A stretch of DNA of 45,079 nt, taken from Candidatus Iainarchaeum sp. Its GTDB lineage: Archaea > B1Sed10-29 > WALL01. This document shows, piece by piece, positions 26,225-40,000 of this stretch. How positions within the stretch are numbered: position 1 is the first letter of the stretch; each line of letters starts with the position of its first letter. Below the pieces are notes generated by a model, which saw only the letters and a list, made by a program, of their open reading frames with translations, had not been told where the DNA came from and did no database searches. The stretch covers positions 1-45,079 of the forward strand of contig JAGGYF010000022.1 in NCBI GenBank assembly GCA_021162685.1, given 5' to 3'. The position numbers were made by a program, and so were the translations under genes.

Positions 26225-27673
26225 CTAATCTATCTGTGCCTTCTGTAGCTTCCCTGAATAGTCTACATAAACAGTCTTTACCTCAGAGAACTCCTCTATA
26301 CCTAATATTCCTCCTTCTCTTGCGCCGTTTCCTGTATCCTTTACACCGCCAAAAGGCAGATGAACCTCAGAGCCTATTGTTGATGAGTTTACATATGTGA
26401 GGCCTGCTTCTATATCCCTTATTGCAATGAATGCCTTATTCACATCATTTGTGTATATTGCAGAACTTAATCCATAACTGACACTGTTTGCATACTCTAT
26501 GGCTTGATCAAAGTTCTTCACTGGCATGATTGCAAGTACTGGCCCAAATATCTCCTCTTGGGCAATTGTGTGCTTTGGCTTGACATTTGTGAATATCGTT
26601 GGCTCAAAGAAGAACCCCTTTCTTGGAATCCTGTTTCCTCCTAAAACGAGTTTGCACCGCTCCTTCTTCGCTATTGATATATACCTCTCAACCTTCTCAA
26701 CTGCCCTTTCATTTATCAATGGTCCAATATCATGGTTCATCCCATATCCTATTGTTAATTTCTTTGTCGCTCTTACAAGTTTGTCTAATAGCTCATCCCT
26801 GACCCTCTTATGAACAATAACCCTAGATGTAGCAGTACACCTTTGTCCCGTTGTTCCGAATGCGCCCCATATGATGCCATCAACTGCCAAGTCAAGGTCT
26901 GCATCATCCATTACAATGATTACATTCTTCCCTCCAAGTTCCAAGCCTACTTTCTTCAGCCCTGCATTTGCTGCAACGAATTTTCCAACCTCTCTTGAAC
27001 CAGTAAAAGAGATAGCAGCTATTTTTGGATGCTTTACTATTGGTACTCCTACCTCGCTCCCAGAACCTGTTACTAGATTTACAACACCTTTTGGAACACC
27101 TGCTTCTTCCAGTATTTTAACCAATTCAACTGCACACATTGGGGTATCAGATGATGGCTTGAACACAACTGTGTTCCCACAGATCAGTGCTGGTGCTATT
27201 TTCCATGCAGGGATTGCAAAAGGAAAATTCCATGGAGTAATCAAACCAACAACACCAAGAGGCATCCTTATAGTCATTGAAAACTTGTTTCTTAGCTCAG
27301 ATGTTGTTGTAAACCCAAATAACCTCCTGCCTTCCCCAGCCATGTACTCAAACATATCAATTGCTTCTTGTACATCGCCAAGACCCTCTTTGATCTGTTT
27401 ACCCATCTCGTCTGTAACCAATTTTCCAAGTTTCTTTTTTCTCTTTCTCAAAATGCTTGCAACCTCTAAAAGTATCTCCCCACGCTTTGGTGGAGGAACT
27501 AATCGCCACTTTTTATATGCTTTTATTGCTGCATTCACTGCCTTATCAACATCTTTCTTGTTTCCTGCCTGGAAATACCCAATAGTCTTCTCATTTGCAG
27601 GGTTTATTGACTTGAATGTTTTTCCTGATGAGGACTCCACCCACCTACCATTAATGTATAGTTTATGAGCCAT
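26225..27673 (-). CDS. NAD(P)-dependent aldehyde dehydrogenase
   Basis: Start trimmed to MAHKLY. PWNFP, FTGS, LELGGKN, catalytic GQRCT, EEIFGP, PFGG. Confidence 0.95.
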   Translation of the reverse strand: MAHKLYINGRWVESSSGKTFKSINPANEKTIGYFQAGNKKDVDKAVNAAIKAYKKWRLVPPPKRGEILLEVASILRKRKKKLGKLVTDEMGKQIKEGLGDVQEAIDMFEYMAGEGRRLFGFTTTSELRNKFSMTIRMPLGVVGLITPWNFPFAIPAWKIAPALICGNTVVFKPSSDTPMCAVELVKILEEAGVPKGVVNLVTGSGSEVGVPIVKHPKIAAISFTGSREVGKFVAANAGLKKVGLELGGKNVIIVMDDADLDLAVDGIIWGAFGTTGQRCTATSRVIVHKRVRDELLDKLVRATKKLTIGYGMNHDIGPLINERAVEKVERYISIAKKERCKLVLGGNRIPRKGFFFEPTIFTNVKPKHTIAQEEIFGPVLAIMPVKNFDQAIEYANSVSYGLSSAIYTNDVNKAFIAIRDIEAGLTYVNSSTIGSEVHLPFGGVKDTGNGAREGGILGIEEFSEVKTVYVDYSGKLQKAQID

Positions 27674-27735
27674 GTGAACACCCCATATGAAAAAAAACAC
27701 ATTGTGATATTTAATGGTTTACTTCCTCATACCTC

Positions 27736-28086
27736 CTATGATAAAACATACACTACTGTGATATTTAAGACAAATAACAGCACAACGACAATTAAGTATG
27801 TTGTACCTATTGTTCTTGCATGAGGAGATGGTCTTCTGCCACTCTTTACTGCTCTGTATGCATCATGTGCTGTGTAGACGCTTAGTACAATTCCAAACAA
27901 TGCCATGAGAAGAGGTTGAGGACTATCAAATATAACGTTATATATGCCTCTCACAAAAAACCTGAGTAAAAACAGCATGAAAAAGAATGTGAAGAATTTC
28001 TTCTCACCAATATAGTAGTAGCCTGTACCCCATATGAAAAAGTTTGCTATTCCTGCGATCCAAGGATTCTTAGATTCTTTCAGCAT
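27736..28086 (-). CDS. Small membrane protein (TM2-like N-terminus)
   Basis: KNPWIAGIANFFIWGTGYYYIG; about four hydrophobic segments. Confidence 0.6.
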   Translation of the reverse strand: MLKESKNPWIAGIANFFIWGTGYYYIGEKKFFTFFFMLFLLRFFVRGIYNVIFDSPQPLLMALFGIVLSVYTAHDAYRAVKSGRRPSPHARTIGTTYLIVVVLLFVLNITVVYVLS

Positions 28087-28133
28087 AATCGCCAGTAGAA
28101 AAATATCGCTTGAATAATTTATTTCTGTCGTTG

Positions 28134-28706
28134 TTATATTTTTGCTGGACCGTGCCCTGGAAGCAACACATTATATCCTATCTTTGAAAGCATTTCTAGG
28201 CTCTTCTTCATGGCCTCTGGGTCGCCCCCAGGTAAATCCGTTCTTCCATATCCCTCTGAGAATAACGTATCCCCAGAGATGAGTATGCCATCCTTGAGCA
28301 GACATATGCTTCCTTGTGTGTGTCCTGGTGTATGCAAAACCTTCCACCCAAAAAATTCTTCTCCGATGTTAAAAACATTGTTTTGCCTTGGAAGTTTAGA
28401 GAACATAAAAGATAGGGTATAGTTTGGGTCTGCATTTTTGATATATGTCTTATCTGGCTCATGAGCATAAACATTGCAATTGAAGAATCTATTGCCCCCT
28501 ATGTGATCATAATGGCAGTGTGTATTAACAATAACATCAATGTCATTTGGCCTTAATCCAATCTCTCCAAGCATTGTTTTTAAGTAGTTGAAATGTTTGC
28601 CTGTACCTGTATCCACAATAATGTTCCTCTCACCAAGTATCACTATGGAATTTGAGTCATATGCCCTGCCATATATTATGTATACATCCTTGGAAACCCT
28701 CTCCAT
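28134..28706 (-). CDS. Metallo-beta-lactamase-fold hydrolase (glyoxalase II-like)
   Basis: Start trimmed to MERVSK. THCHYDHIGG, TPGHT, SGDTLF, PGHG. Confidence 0.92.
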   Translation of the reverse strand: MERVSKDVYIIYGRAYDSNSIVILGERNIIVDTGTGKHFNYLKTMLGEIGLRPNDIDVIVNTHCHYDHIGGNRFFNCNVYAHEPDKTYIKNADPNYTLSFMFSKLPRQNNVFNIGEEFFGWKVLHTPGHTQGSICLLKDGILISGDTLFSEGYGRTDLPGGDPEAMKKSLEMLSKIGYNVLLPGHGPAKI

Positions 28707-28834
28707 AGTATCCTCACATAGCATTAGGTTAAAAAGTGAATAAAAAATAGTGCTGTTGTGTAATGCAAAAATCTTCACTCTCGGAAAGTTGTAGACTCAT
28801 ACCTATAAATAGCGTTTGACATAAAATACTATGC

Positions 28835-30127
28835 ATGGTTGCAGATATATTGGATAGTAAGGATGAGCTTGTAAAAGCCATAATAGAAAAGACAGGGATG
28901 AGTGAAAGCGAGATAAATGCCAAGATAAGGGAAAAACAGGAGGAATATGGTGGCCTACTTACTGAAGCGGGTGCTGCTTATTCTATTGCAAAAGAGATGG
29001 GTGTTGTCACAGACTCATCACAGAAGAAGAAAAGGATGCAGATTGGCGAATTACAAGAAGGATTAGATGCTGTTAATGTTGTTGGTATTGTCTCCCATGT
29101 ATTTCCTGTGAAAGAATGGGAGAAAGATGGCAGGAGAGGAAAGGTAGGAAAGATACTCATCAGGGATAACACAGGGGAAATAAGGGTTGTACTCTGGAAT
29201 GCTGATTGTGACCTAATTGAGAGTGGGACCCTAACAAAAGGAACGATTGTTGAGGTACAAAATGCTTCTGTGAAAAAGTCAAATGAGATGCTTGATTTAA
29301 ATATTGGGATAAGAGGTAGAATAAACGTACTTGATAGCGCAGAGGACCTCCCTGAGATAAATGAAGACATTGTAACATTAGATAAGATTGAGGAAGGAAT
29401 GAATGATATCAGTGTATATGCAAGAGTGGTTAGGGTATTCCCTGAGAAAACATTTGAGAGTAACGGAAGAAAAGGAAGAGTTGCAAGCGTCATTATCTCT
29501 GATGGCACAAAAGCCAGGCTTGTATTATGGAACGAGAATGCCATATGGGCAAACAGATTGCGCGAAAATGATATAATAAAGGTTGAAGGAGCATATGTTA
29601 GAAATAATAATGGCACATTGGAACTAAATCTTGGATGGAGAGGTCATCTTGTTGTAAACCCAAATGATGCGCCAGTAATTCCTGAGGTTGCTGGATCAAA
29701 GAGGGTTAATATAAAAGACCTCAAACCAGGGGATAGATATAGAGAGCTAAGAGCAGTTGTCGTAAAGGTCTATAAACCAAACGTGTTTGAGATATGTCCA
29801 AAGTGCGGGGCGAGGATTGAAAGGCATTGCGATAAATGTAATGTTGATGCAAAGAAATCAATTGTTGTTAATGCTGAATTGGATGACGGTACAGGCGTTA
29901 TACGGGCATCATTTTATAGGGATATTGCTGAGAGATTCCTTGGCTTTTCTGGGGAGAAGTATGCAGAAGATGAATCCCTATTTGATGAAACAAAGTATGA
30001 GGGGAGTGAGTACATATTCCAAGGACAAGTAAAACATAATGATGCTTTTGACAGGGATGAATTTGTTGTTCGTGGAATAAATGATGTTAATGTTCAAAAG
30101 GAGATTGAGAGGTTGGAAGGTGAATAA
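28835..30127 (+). CDS. rpa: Replication protein A (three OB folds plus Zn finger)
   Basis: Repeated OB folds ([33 protein letters not shown]); CPKC..CDKC. Confidence 0.9.
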   Translation: MVADILDSKDELVKAIIEKTGMSESEINAKIREKQEEYGGLLTEAGAAYSIAKEMGVVTDSSQKKKRMQIGELQEGLDAVNVVGIVSHVFPVKEWEKDGRRGKVGKILIRDNTGEIRVVLWNADCDLIESGTLTKGTIVEVQNASVKKSNEMLDLNIGIRGRINVLDSAEDLPEINEDIVTLDKIEEGMNDISVYARVVRVFPEKTFESNGRKGRVASVIISDGTKARLVLWNENAIWANRLRENDIIKVEGAYVRNNNGTLELNLGWRGHLVVNPNDAPVIPEVAGSKRVNIKDLKPGDRYRELRAVVVKVYKPNVFEICPKCGARIERHCDKCNVDAKKSIVVNAELDDGTGVIRASFYRDIAERFLGFSGEKYAEDESLFDETKYEGSEYIFQGQVKHNDAFDRDEFVVRGINDVNVQKEIERLEGE

Positions 30128-30128
30128 A

Positions 30129-32597
30129 ATGGCAAAAGAAATAAAAGAGATTGAGGATCTACCAGGTGTCGGAGAAGCTACTGCTGAAAAACTCAGGCAA
30201 GGTGGCTTTAAAACTGTTGAGAGTATTGCAGTTGCTTCTATTGGAGAATTAATGGATGCTGCTGGTGTAGGAGAGAGCGCAGCAAGAAAAATGATAAATG
30301 CAGCAAGAGATGCTTTGGACATGGGGTTTGAGACAGCAGAAAAAATCCTTGAAAAGAGGAAAAGTGTTGCTAAGATAACAACAGGGTCCAAAGAATTGGA
30401 CGCATTGCTTGGTGGAGGAATAGAAACACAGAGTATAACAGAACTTTATGGGAGATACGGTTCTGGAAAATGCATTGCAAAGGATACGCTTGTTGAGTAC
30501 TTCAATGATGAAAATTTCCATCTGAACAGCATAGAAGACATCTACAACTACTACAAGGAGGCGTATGGGGAAAGCCCTTACGAAAATGGCTTTGTGGTAA
30601 AGGTGCCTTGCATTAAAGTGCACTCGCTTACAGATAAGGGCATAACGCTGGAGGATGCTAAGGGAATTTACAAAGAAAAGGTGGACAAGCTCTACGAACT
30701 TTGTACGAAGAGAGGAAGAAACATTAAAGTAACTGGGCCTCACAGGTTGCTCGTACTTGATAAAAATGGTATTTCATGGAAGCCCGCGAGCTGCATTCAA
30801 AAAGGCGATGCAATAGCATGCCCAAAAAAGCTGAGCTGTCATAATAGTGGAAAGATTGATGAGAACGATGCCTATTTCCTTGGTTTATTTGTCGCAGAGG
30901 GCAGCAGCAATCCATTGTCAATATCCACTAGTGAAAGATTAATCAAAGATTGGCTGTGTTCTTACTTGCGTGATAGGTTCGGTTTTGAGCCAACTGTTAG
31001 AGAAGACAAAAGAAAAAAGAAGGTAGTTTATACTATACTCCTAAGAAATATTACAAAGGAGGTAATAGGCGAGTTAGTAGGCACCAAATCTGATACAAAG
31101 TTCGTTCCTTCATGTATATTCACTGGTGGCGAGAATGTAATAAAGAACTTCCTTGCAGGATACCTTGAAGGAGATGGGTGTGTTGAAAACCAATGCCCCT
31201 CCTTTTCAACAAAGAGCAAGAGACTTGCGAGTGAAATCATGTATTTACTTAGATACTTAGGCATTTCAACTACAGCAACGAAGAAGGTTGTGGGTGGAGA
31301 AGAGTACCAGCGTGTTTTCATCTGTGGTGAGAGCAGAAGGGATATCGCTTTGCTACCATTTAAGTATAAAAAAGGAAATCTAAACACAAGGAACAGTGCT
31401 TATGGTTATCCTGCGCCATTGTTGCATTATATCAGGAACGTTTACAAAAAGACGCTCGGTGGAAACCGAGGAAGGAGAAGGAAAAGGCTTGGTAAGAGAA
31501 ATATCAAGAACCAGACAATATACTCATTCCTCGGCGCAGAAAAAGCAAGGACGATAAATGAGAAGACCTTTGTTGAGGTTATGGGACTGTTTGAGGAAGG
31601 AAGGCAATTGCTCATCTCCCTTCTGAATAGAAACGAAAACCTACATACGATGAACAAGGATGAATTCCAGATGTTTGCAAAGGACTTGCCATTTGCATTT
31701 AGCTCAATACACGCTGAACTTGGATTGACAAAAAGTGGCGTGGATAATTACCTACATAGGGGGATTCCGAAAGCGATGAAAGATAGGGTTAAAGCTGCTC
31801 TTAAGGCAAGGTTGGAACAAAGGCTTGATGTACTTACTGCTGCAATTGAAAAGATGAAAATTGTGGCTTTGTTTGAGTGGGATACTGTCACAAACAATAA
31901 GCTCATTGCATATAATGACTATGTTTATGACTTCGTTGTTCCAAATGGCCATACGTTCATAGGAGGAAATGCGCCCACACTTTTACATAATACACAACTA
32001 GCATTACAACTCTGTGCAAATGTGCAGCTCCCACCTGAACAGGGAGGATTAAATGGCTCTGCGCTATTTATTGACTCAGAAGGGACATTTAGACCTGAAA
32101 GATTAGAACAAATGGCAAAGGCAATAGGCCTTGACCCAAAAAAGGTTCTTGAGAATACATTTGTCGCAAGGGCATATAACTCAGATCATCAGATGCTAAT
32201 TGCTGAAAAGGCAGAAGAAATCATTGAAGAAAAGAACATACGGTTGATTGTAGTTGACTCTTTAACATCTGCATTTAGGGCAGAATATGTTGGTAGGGGT
32301 AGTCTAGCAGACAGGCAACAGAAGATAAACAGGCATATGCACACATTACATAAACTTGCCTTGTTGCACAATATCGCTGTTGTTGTAACAAATCAGGTGA
32401 TGGCAAACCCTGGGCTCTTATTTGGTGACCCAACAACACCAATAGGAGGAAACATTGTTGGACATAAGAGCACATATAGAATCTATCTCAGAAGAAGCCA
32501 GGGTGGGAAGAGAATTGCAAGGCTCGTTGATAGTCCATGCCTGCCAGATGGAGAGTGTGTATTTAAAGTAACTGAAAACGGTATAGAGGACGTATGA
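30129..32597 (+). CDS. radA: DNA repair and recombination protein RadA, intein-containing (315 aa after splicing)
   Basis: LPGVG HhH, ITTGS..LLGGG, GRYGSGK|intein|[31 protein letters not shown]. Confidence 0.96.
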   Translation: MAKEIKEIEDLPGVGEATAEKLRQGGFKTVESIAVASIGELMDAAGVGESAARKMINAARDALDMGFETAEKILEKRKSVAKITTGSKELDALLGGGIETQSITELYGRYGSGKCIAKDTLVEYFNDENFHLNSIEDIYNYYKEAYGESPYENGFVVKVPCIKVHSLTDKGITLEDAKGIYKEKVDKLYELCTKRGRNIKVTGPHRLLVLDKNGISWKPASCIQKGDAIACPKKLSCHNSGKIDENDAYFLGLFVAEGSSNPLSISTSERLIKDWLCSYLRDRFGFEPTVREDKRKKKVVYTILLRNITKEVIGELVGTKSDTKFVPSCIFTGGENVIKNFLAGYLEGDGCVENQCPSFSTKSKRLASEIMYLLRYLGISTTATKKVVGGEEYQRVFICGESRRDIALLPFKYKKGNLNTRNSAYGYPAPLLHYIRNVYKKTLGGNRGRRRKRLGKRNIKNQTIYSFLGAEKARTINEKTFVEVMGLFEEGRQLLISLLNRNENLHTMNKDEFQMFAKDLPFAFSSIHAELGLTKSGVDNYLHRGIPKAMKDRVKAALKARLEQRLDVLTAAIEKMKIVALFEWDTVTNNKLIAYNDYVYDFVVPNGHTFIGGNAPTLLHNTQLALQLCANVQLPPEQGGLNGSALFIDSEGTFRPERLEQMAKAIGLDPKKVLENTFVARAYNSDHQMLIAEKAEEIIEEKNIRLIVVDSLTSAFRAEYVGRGSLADRQQKINRHMHTLHKLALLHNIAVVVTNQVMANPGLLFGDPTTPIGGNIVGHKSTYRIYLRRSQGGKRIARLVDSPCLPDGECVFKVTENGIEDV
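30471..31991 (+). mobile_element. Intein (507 aa) with LAGLIDADG homing endonuclease in the RadA Walker A motif
   Basis: Starts CIAKDT; block B VTGPH; FLGLFVAEG and [10 protein letters not shown]; block F VYDFVV; ends LLHN|T. Confidence 0.95.
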
Positions 32598-33664
32598 AAA
32601 CAGGCATAGCAAACCTCCCATTGCATACAGGAAAGGCACCACGATGGCTATTTGAGAGAATGGTCAGGCTCTCAGGCGCAATATCAAAAGCGATTGTCTA
32701 CGAATTTGGCACAAAGGAGCTGTTAAAAAGGTTTGCAGACCCATTCTGGTTTCAGGCATTTTCCTGTGTTTTAGGATTTGATTGGCATAGTTCTGGCACA
32801 ACAACAACCACATGCGGTGCGTTGAAGGTTGCGTTGAAAAACCAAGACATTGGATTTTTTGTATGTGGAGGGAAAGGAAGAACATCTAGGAAAACGTTGG
32901 TAGAAATTGATGCTAGTGGGTTGCCTAGTAAAAACATTGAAAAATTGAAGTATGCTTCTAGACTTGCTGCTAAGGTAGACAACTCATGTGTCCAAGATAA
33001 CTATATGTTGTATCATCACTGCTTCTTTTTTGACGAGAATGGCAATTGGGCAGTTGTGCAACAAGGAATGAATGAAAACATGGCAAGAAGGTATCACTGG
33101 ATTTCTGATAACGTAAAACATTTTGTTGAACCAAATCAAAAGATTGCGTGTGATATAATACATGAAAATGTGTTGGACCTCACTGCAAAGGATAGCAGAG
33201 AAGTAAGAAAGACAAGTGTTGATATTGTGAATGACAATCCTTTACATCTAAAAAAATATTTCTCAGGACAGATGACATTAACAAACTTTGAGCAACTCAA
33301 TATGCCAACGCATCATCCTGTACTGAGTATGGACATCAGCAAAAGGGGATGGGACACATTGAAAAAAGCGTATGAATTTCAACCAAAGAACTATGAAGAA
33401 CTGGTTTCTTTGAGGGGGATTGGTCCAAAAACATTAAGGGCATTGGCATTAATATCTGAACTTATCTATGGCGAGAAAGCATCGTGGAGGGACCCAGTAA
33501 AGTATAGTTTTGCACATGGTGGGAAGGATGGTTTTCCGTATCCTGTAGATAGGAAAACGTATGATAAGTCAATAGCAATACTAGAAGCAGGTGTGGAAGG
33601 AGCAAACATAAGCTCAGAAGAAAGAAGGTACGCAATAAAACGATTGCATGAATTTATATCGTAA
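32594..33664 (+). CDS. DUF763-family protein
   Basis: [38 protein letters not shown]; HhH-like LRGIGPKT. Confidence 0.88.
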   Translation: MKTGIANLPLHTGKAPRWLFERMVRLSGAISKAIVYEFGTKELLKRFADPFWFQAFSCVLGFDWHSSGTTTTTCGALKVALKNQDIGFFVCGGKGRTSRKTLVEIDASGLPSKNIEKLKYASRLAAKVDNSCVQDNYMLYHHCFFFDENGNWAVVQQGMNENMARRYHWISDNVKHFVEPNQKIACDIIHENVLDLTAKDSREVRKTSVDIVNDNPLHLKKYFSGQMTLTNFEQLNMPTHHPVLSMDISKRGWDTLKKAYEFQPKNYEELVSLRGIGPKTLRALALISELIYGEKASWRDPVKYSFAHGGKDGFPYPVDRKTYDKSIAILEAGVEGANISSEERRYAIKRLHEFIS

Positions 33665-34168
33665 CTACCTCAACCCTTTATGTATGCCCTTGTATTCCTC
33701 TACTGTTTCCTTATCCAACCTGATGAAAACAATCTGCGCAACCCTCGCATTTTGTTTTATGTCAATACCATGTGGGTTCATAACTACTAAACTAAATTCG
33801 GATTTTCCATGAAAACCAGCATCCCATACACCATGTAGGGTATATGCGCCCATCCTCAACAACGAACTCCTTGTCTGTGCAATAGCAATGATATCTTTTG
33901 GGAGGTTAAGATACTCGTTTGTTTTAACCTTGTACACACCTGGATCAAGATGTGCCCACATATTATTGAATACTATTGGCTTCACTGCTGGAAATTGCCT
34001 TTCCTTGTTTGAGAAATCAATTCTGCCAGCTGTTTCAAATACATATATCTCGTGTGCGGTGAGATCAAAACCATTTGGCTGTAATTGGTGCTTTAGTGAT
34101 ATATAGTTATCTATTAGTGGTGGATTGGAATCTATCATTTGTCTTATGTCTTCATCTGTCAGTATCAT
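33665..34168 (-). CDS. dut: Archaeal trimeric dUTPase (dCTP deaminase-like fold)
   Basis: QPNGFDL, RSSLLRMG, VWDAGFHG, RVAQ. Confidence 0.8.
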   Translation of the reverse strand: MILTDEDIRQMIDSNPPLIDNYISLKHQLQPNGFDLTAHEIYVFETAGRIDFSNKERQFPAVKPIVFNNMWAHLDPGVYKVKTNEYLNLPKDIIAIAQTRSSLLRMGAYTLHGVWDAGFHGKSEFSLVVMNPHGIDIKQNARVAQIVFIRLDKETVEEYKGIHKGLR

Positions 34169-35112
34169 TTTACTTCACCAAGCTCCTTTGCTGTTTTCTC
34201 CAATGCTTTTTCTAGGTTATATTTTGGATTGAATCCCAACTCTTTCTTCGCCTTTGAGATGTCAATAATCCTATTGCGCACTAGCCGTTGTATGGATGAC
34301 CGCATTTTTGTTATACTTGGCCTTTCACCAGAAATCTTGCTCTTTGTTTCGTGGGCTATTGCTGCTGCTTTTGCAAGAGCAACAGGTATCCTTTTTGGTT
34401 TAAATCTCAAATGCAATACCTTTCTGATGATCTTATATGTCTCTTCGTATGTGTGAACATCTGGTCCTGCAACATGGTATATCTGGTTTTTTGCCTGTGG
34501 TTGCATTGCTAACACAAGGGCATCAACTACATCATCTACATAGACCAAATGCCAATAGTTTTTTCCAGAACCAATGATTGGGGTTTCCCTCTTTGCTGCT
34601 CCAAATATCTCCTTCCAAAATGCATTTGGCCCACATATAATCGTTGACCTTATGATTGTGTATGGGATCTGGTATCTTAGCCTATAATCCATAATTATGC
34701 GCTCTGCTTCTGCCTTTGATTTCTCATACATTGTTTGTGGATTATATGGGTCATCTTCAACCAGAGGGTGCTTGGCTTCTCCCAACACCCCTATTGAACT
34801 CAAAAAGATAAAACGTTGTATGTCTTTTTCTTTGCATATCTCAAGCAGGTTTCTTGTCCCCTCTACATTTGTGTCCCATACTGAATGACTATTTTCGTCA
34901 AGTTCAGCAGCAAGATGGTAGACAACATCAAATTGTTCATCTTTTAGTGGAATGAGGTCTGATGGATTGGTTATATCTGCAACAATGATTTTTTTTGCTC
35001 CACGTATCTTTCCTTTTTTGCGAGAAACAGCGATGATATTGTGCTTTTTTGATAATCTTTTTAGGAGTCTCTTTCCCACAAGGCCCGTTGCGCCAGTTAT
35101 GAGTATTCTCAT
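34165..35112 (-). CDS. NAD-dependent epimerase/dehydratase (extended SDR)
   Basis: Start trimmed to MRILITGATGLVG. HLAA, NVEGT, SS, YEKSK. Confidence 0.92.
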   Translation of the reverse strand: MRILITGATGLVGKRLLKRLSKKHNIIAVSRKKGKIRGAKKIIVADITNPSDLIPLKDEQFDVVYHLAAELDENSHSVWDTNVEGTRNLLEICKEKDIQRFIFLSSIGVLGEAKHPLVEDDPYNPQTMYEKSKAEAERIIMDYRLRYQIPYTIIRSTIICGPNAFWKEIFGAAKRETPIIGSGKNYWHLVYVDDVVDALVLAMQPQAKNQIYHVAGPDVHTYEETYKIIRKVLHLRFKPKRIPVALAKAAAIAHETKSKISGERPSITKMRSSIQRLVRNRIIDISKAKKELGFNPKYNLEKALEKTAKELGEVK

Positions 35113-35165
35113 GCAAAAGTATATAAGTAAATCCAATATAAATAATTGTGTTTTGGGGGATTCAT

Positions 35166-35939
35166 ATGAAAATAGGCAAAGTTGAGAAGTATATCCACGA
35201 GACCATTGATCAGGATGGGGCAATGCTCTTTATCCTGATTGATCCTTGTGATCATCCATCACCAGAAGCAGCTGCAAAAGCAGCAAAAGAGAGCGTTGAA
35301 GCAGGCGCAGACCTAGTTCTTGTTGGTGGTTCTATAGGGGCACAAGGTAAGTTACTTGATGACACCACAAAACTTATAAAAGAGCAGGTTAATGTGCCTA
35401 TAAACCTATTCCCAGGAAATGTATCAACATTGACAAAATATGCAGACTCCTTATATTTTATGACATTACTCAACTCAAGAAGTGTATACTGGACAACACT
35501 AGCCCAAACTGTTGCAGCCCCTGTTATCAAGAGGATGGGGCTTGAAGCAATCCCCACTGGTTATATTGTAGTAGAGCCGGGTGGTACTGTTGGATGGGTT
35601 GCAGATGTCAACCTAGTCCCAAGATGGAAGCCAAATATTGCTGCTGCACTAGCAATGGGTGGGCAATACATTGGAAATAGACTTATATTAACTGATTGTG
35701 GTTCAGCAAGTCCGCTAGGTCCAATACCATATGATATGGTAAAGGCTGTCGCAGATGCTATAGACGTCCCATATGTAGTTGGAGGAGGCATAAGAAAGAT
35801 AGAGCAAGCAGAAAAGATTATTAGGGCTGGGGCAGATGCCATACAGATTGGCACTGTTGTTGAAAAAACAAAGGATGTTAAGAAGCGAATTGGTGCATTT
35901 GCAAAAGCCGTAAAAAAAGCGGGAAGGGCTAAGAGATGA
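35166..35939 (+). CDS. Geranylgeranylglyceryl phosphate synthase
   Basis: LIDP, LVGGS, LFPG, LLNS, PTGYIVV, VGGGIR, AGAD..IGT. Confidence 0.9.
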   Translation: MKIGKVEKYIHETIDQDGAMLFILIDPCDHPSPEAAAKAAKESVEAGADLVLVGGSIGAQGKLLDDTTKLIKEQVNVPINLFPGNVSTLTKYADSLYFMTLLNSRSVYWTTLAQTVAAPVIKRMGLEAIPTGYIVVEPGGTVGWVADVNLVPRWKPNIAAALAMGGQYIGNRLILTDCGSASPLGPIPYDMVKAVADAIDVPYVVGGGIRKIEQAEKIIRAGADAIQIGTVVEKTKDVKKRIGAFAKAVKKAGRAKR

Positions 35940-37182
35940 TGGTGCTCAGTTGGGTATTTGCTGAGAAGATACTTATAGCAATGGCAATTGGCGCACTGCT
36001 TGGTATGGAGAGAGAGCATACAAAGCATCAAGAAATCGTTGGTATACGGACGTTCTCTATGATTAGTTTACTTGGTGTGCTATGTGTTGAATTTGACTCG
36101 CTTGTTGAATCAAATTTTATTGCTCCTCTTGGATTTGCTTCTATTATGGTATTCGCCTTTATTCTGTACTCAACAAACATACAGATGTTGAAAAGGATTG
36201 GTCTAACGACATCAATCGCAATGCTCATTAGTTATTCACTTGGTGCGATTGTTGGTTTTGGATTCTATTCAGAAGCAATATTTGTTGGAATTGCAGTTGC
36301 ATTTGTCATGTTCGCTAGGTCATGGTTGCATAAGTTTGTTGGTAAATTGACGCATATTGAGCTCCTTGATTTTTTAGAGTTCCTTGTTGTTGTAGGCATC
36401 GTTTACCCAATAATCCCAAAAGAGCCACTGATATACTTTGGCGTTCGGATAGATTTGTATGCTATTTGGCTGCTCGTTGTCCTCATCTCGTTTATTAATC
36501 TGCTTGGGTTTATTGGTTCAAGGTATCTATCTGCAGATGAAGAAGTTGAAATCATGAGTTTTCTCGGTGGACTCATAAGTAGTACTGCTATTTGTTTCTC
36601 TGTAAACAGAGTATATGAAAAGTATAAAGAGAGAGAAGACATATTGGCTGGTGCGTATCCAATAATTAATGGAGCAATGTTCACGAGAAATCTTGTTATT
36701 CTTGCTGTATTTGCACCTGTTGTTTTCAAAGAGTTGCTTGTTCCTTTTATCATTGGTGCGCTTGTGCTGCTATTAACAGGCTATACAAAGATAAAGCGGA
36801 TAAAGAATAAGGCTAAAGTTAGCATAGAATCCCCATTTGGTGTACAGAAGGCAGTATGGCTTGCACTTAAACTGTTTATTATTATGACTTTGTTACAAAC
36901 AATTGTTACATACCTACCAAATGTATTTTACCTTGGTATATTCTTTGGTGCTGTAACAAGCTCTGCTGCTACAATGGCTTCTATTGCAACCATGTTTGCA
37001 GCAGGTGAGATAACTAGCGAACAGGCATTGCTCTCCAGCCTGCTCACAGTAGGAGCAAACTTGATGGTCGGAAATTTGGTGGCATACAGGATAGCAGGAG
37101 CAACAAAAAGGACTATCAAAAAGGCATTTATGTATTCTATCCCTGGACTTCTAGCACTTGTCATTACCTATCTGGTGTTCTG

Positions 37183-37183
<1 letters not shown>
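35936..37183 (+). CDS. MgtC/SapB + DUF4010 membrane protein
   Basis: IGALLGMERE, GIRTF, GLTT, LGGLISSTA. Confidence 0.88.
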
Positions 37184-39969
<2,786 letters not shown>

Positions 39970-40000
39970 GCTCTTTTTTTGTTTGCAGAACTATAAAAAA

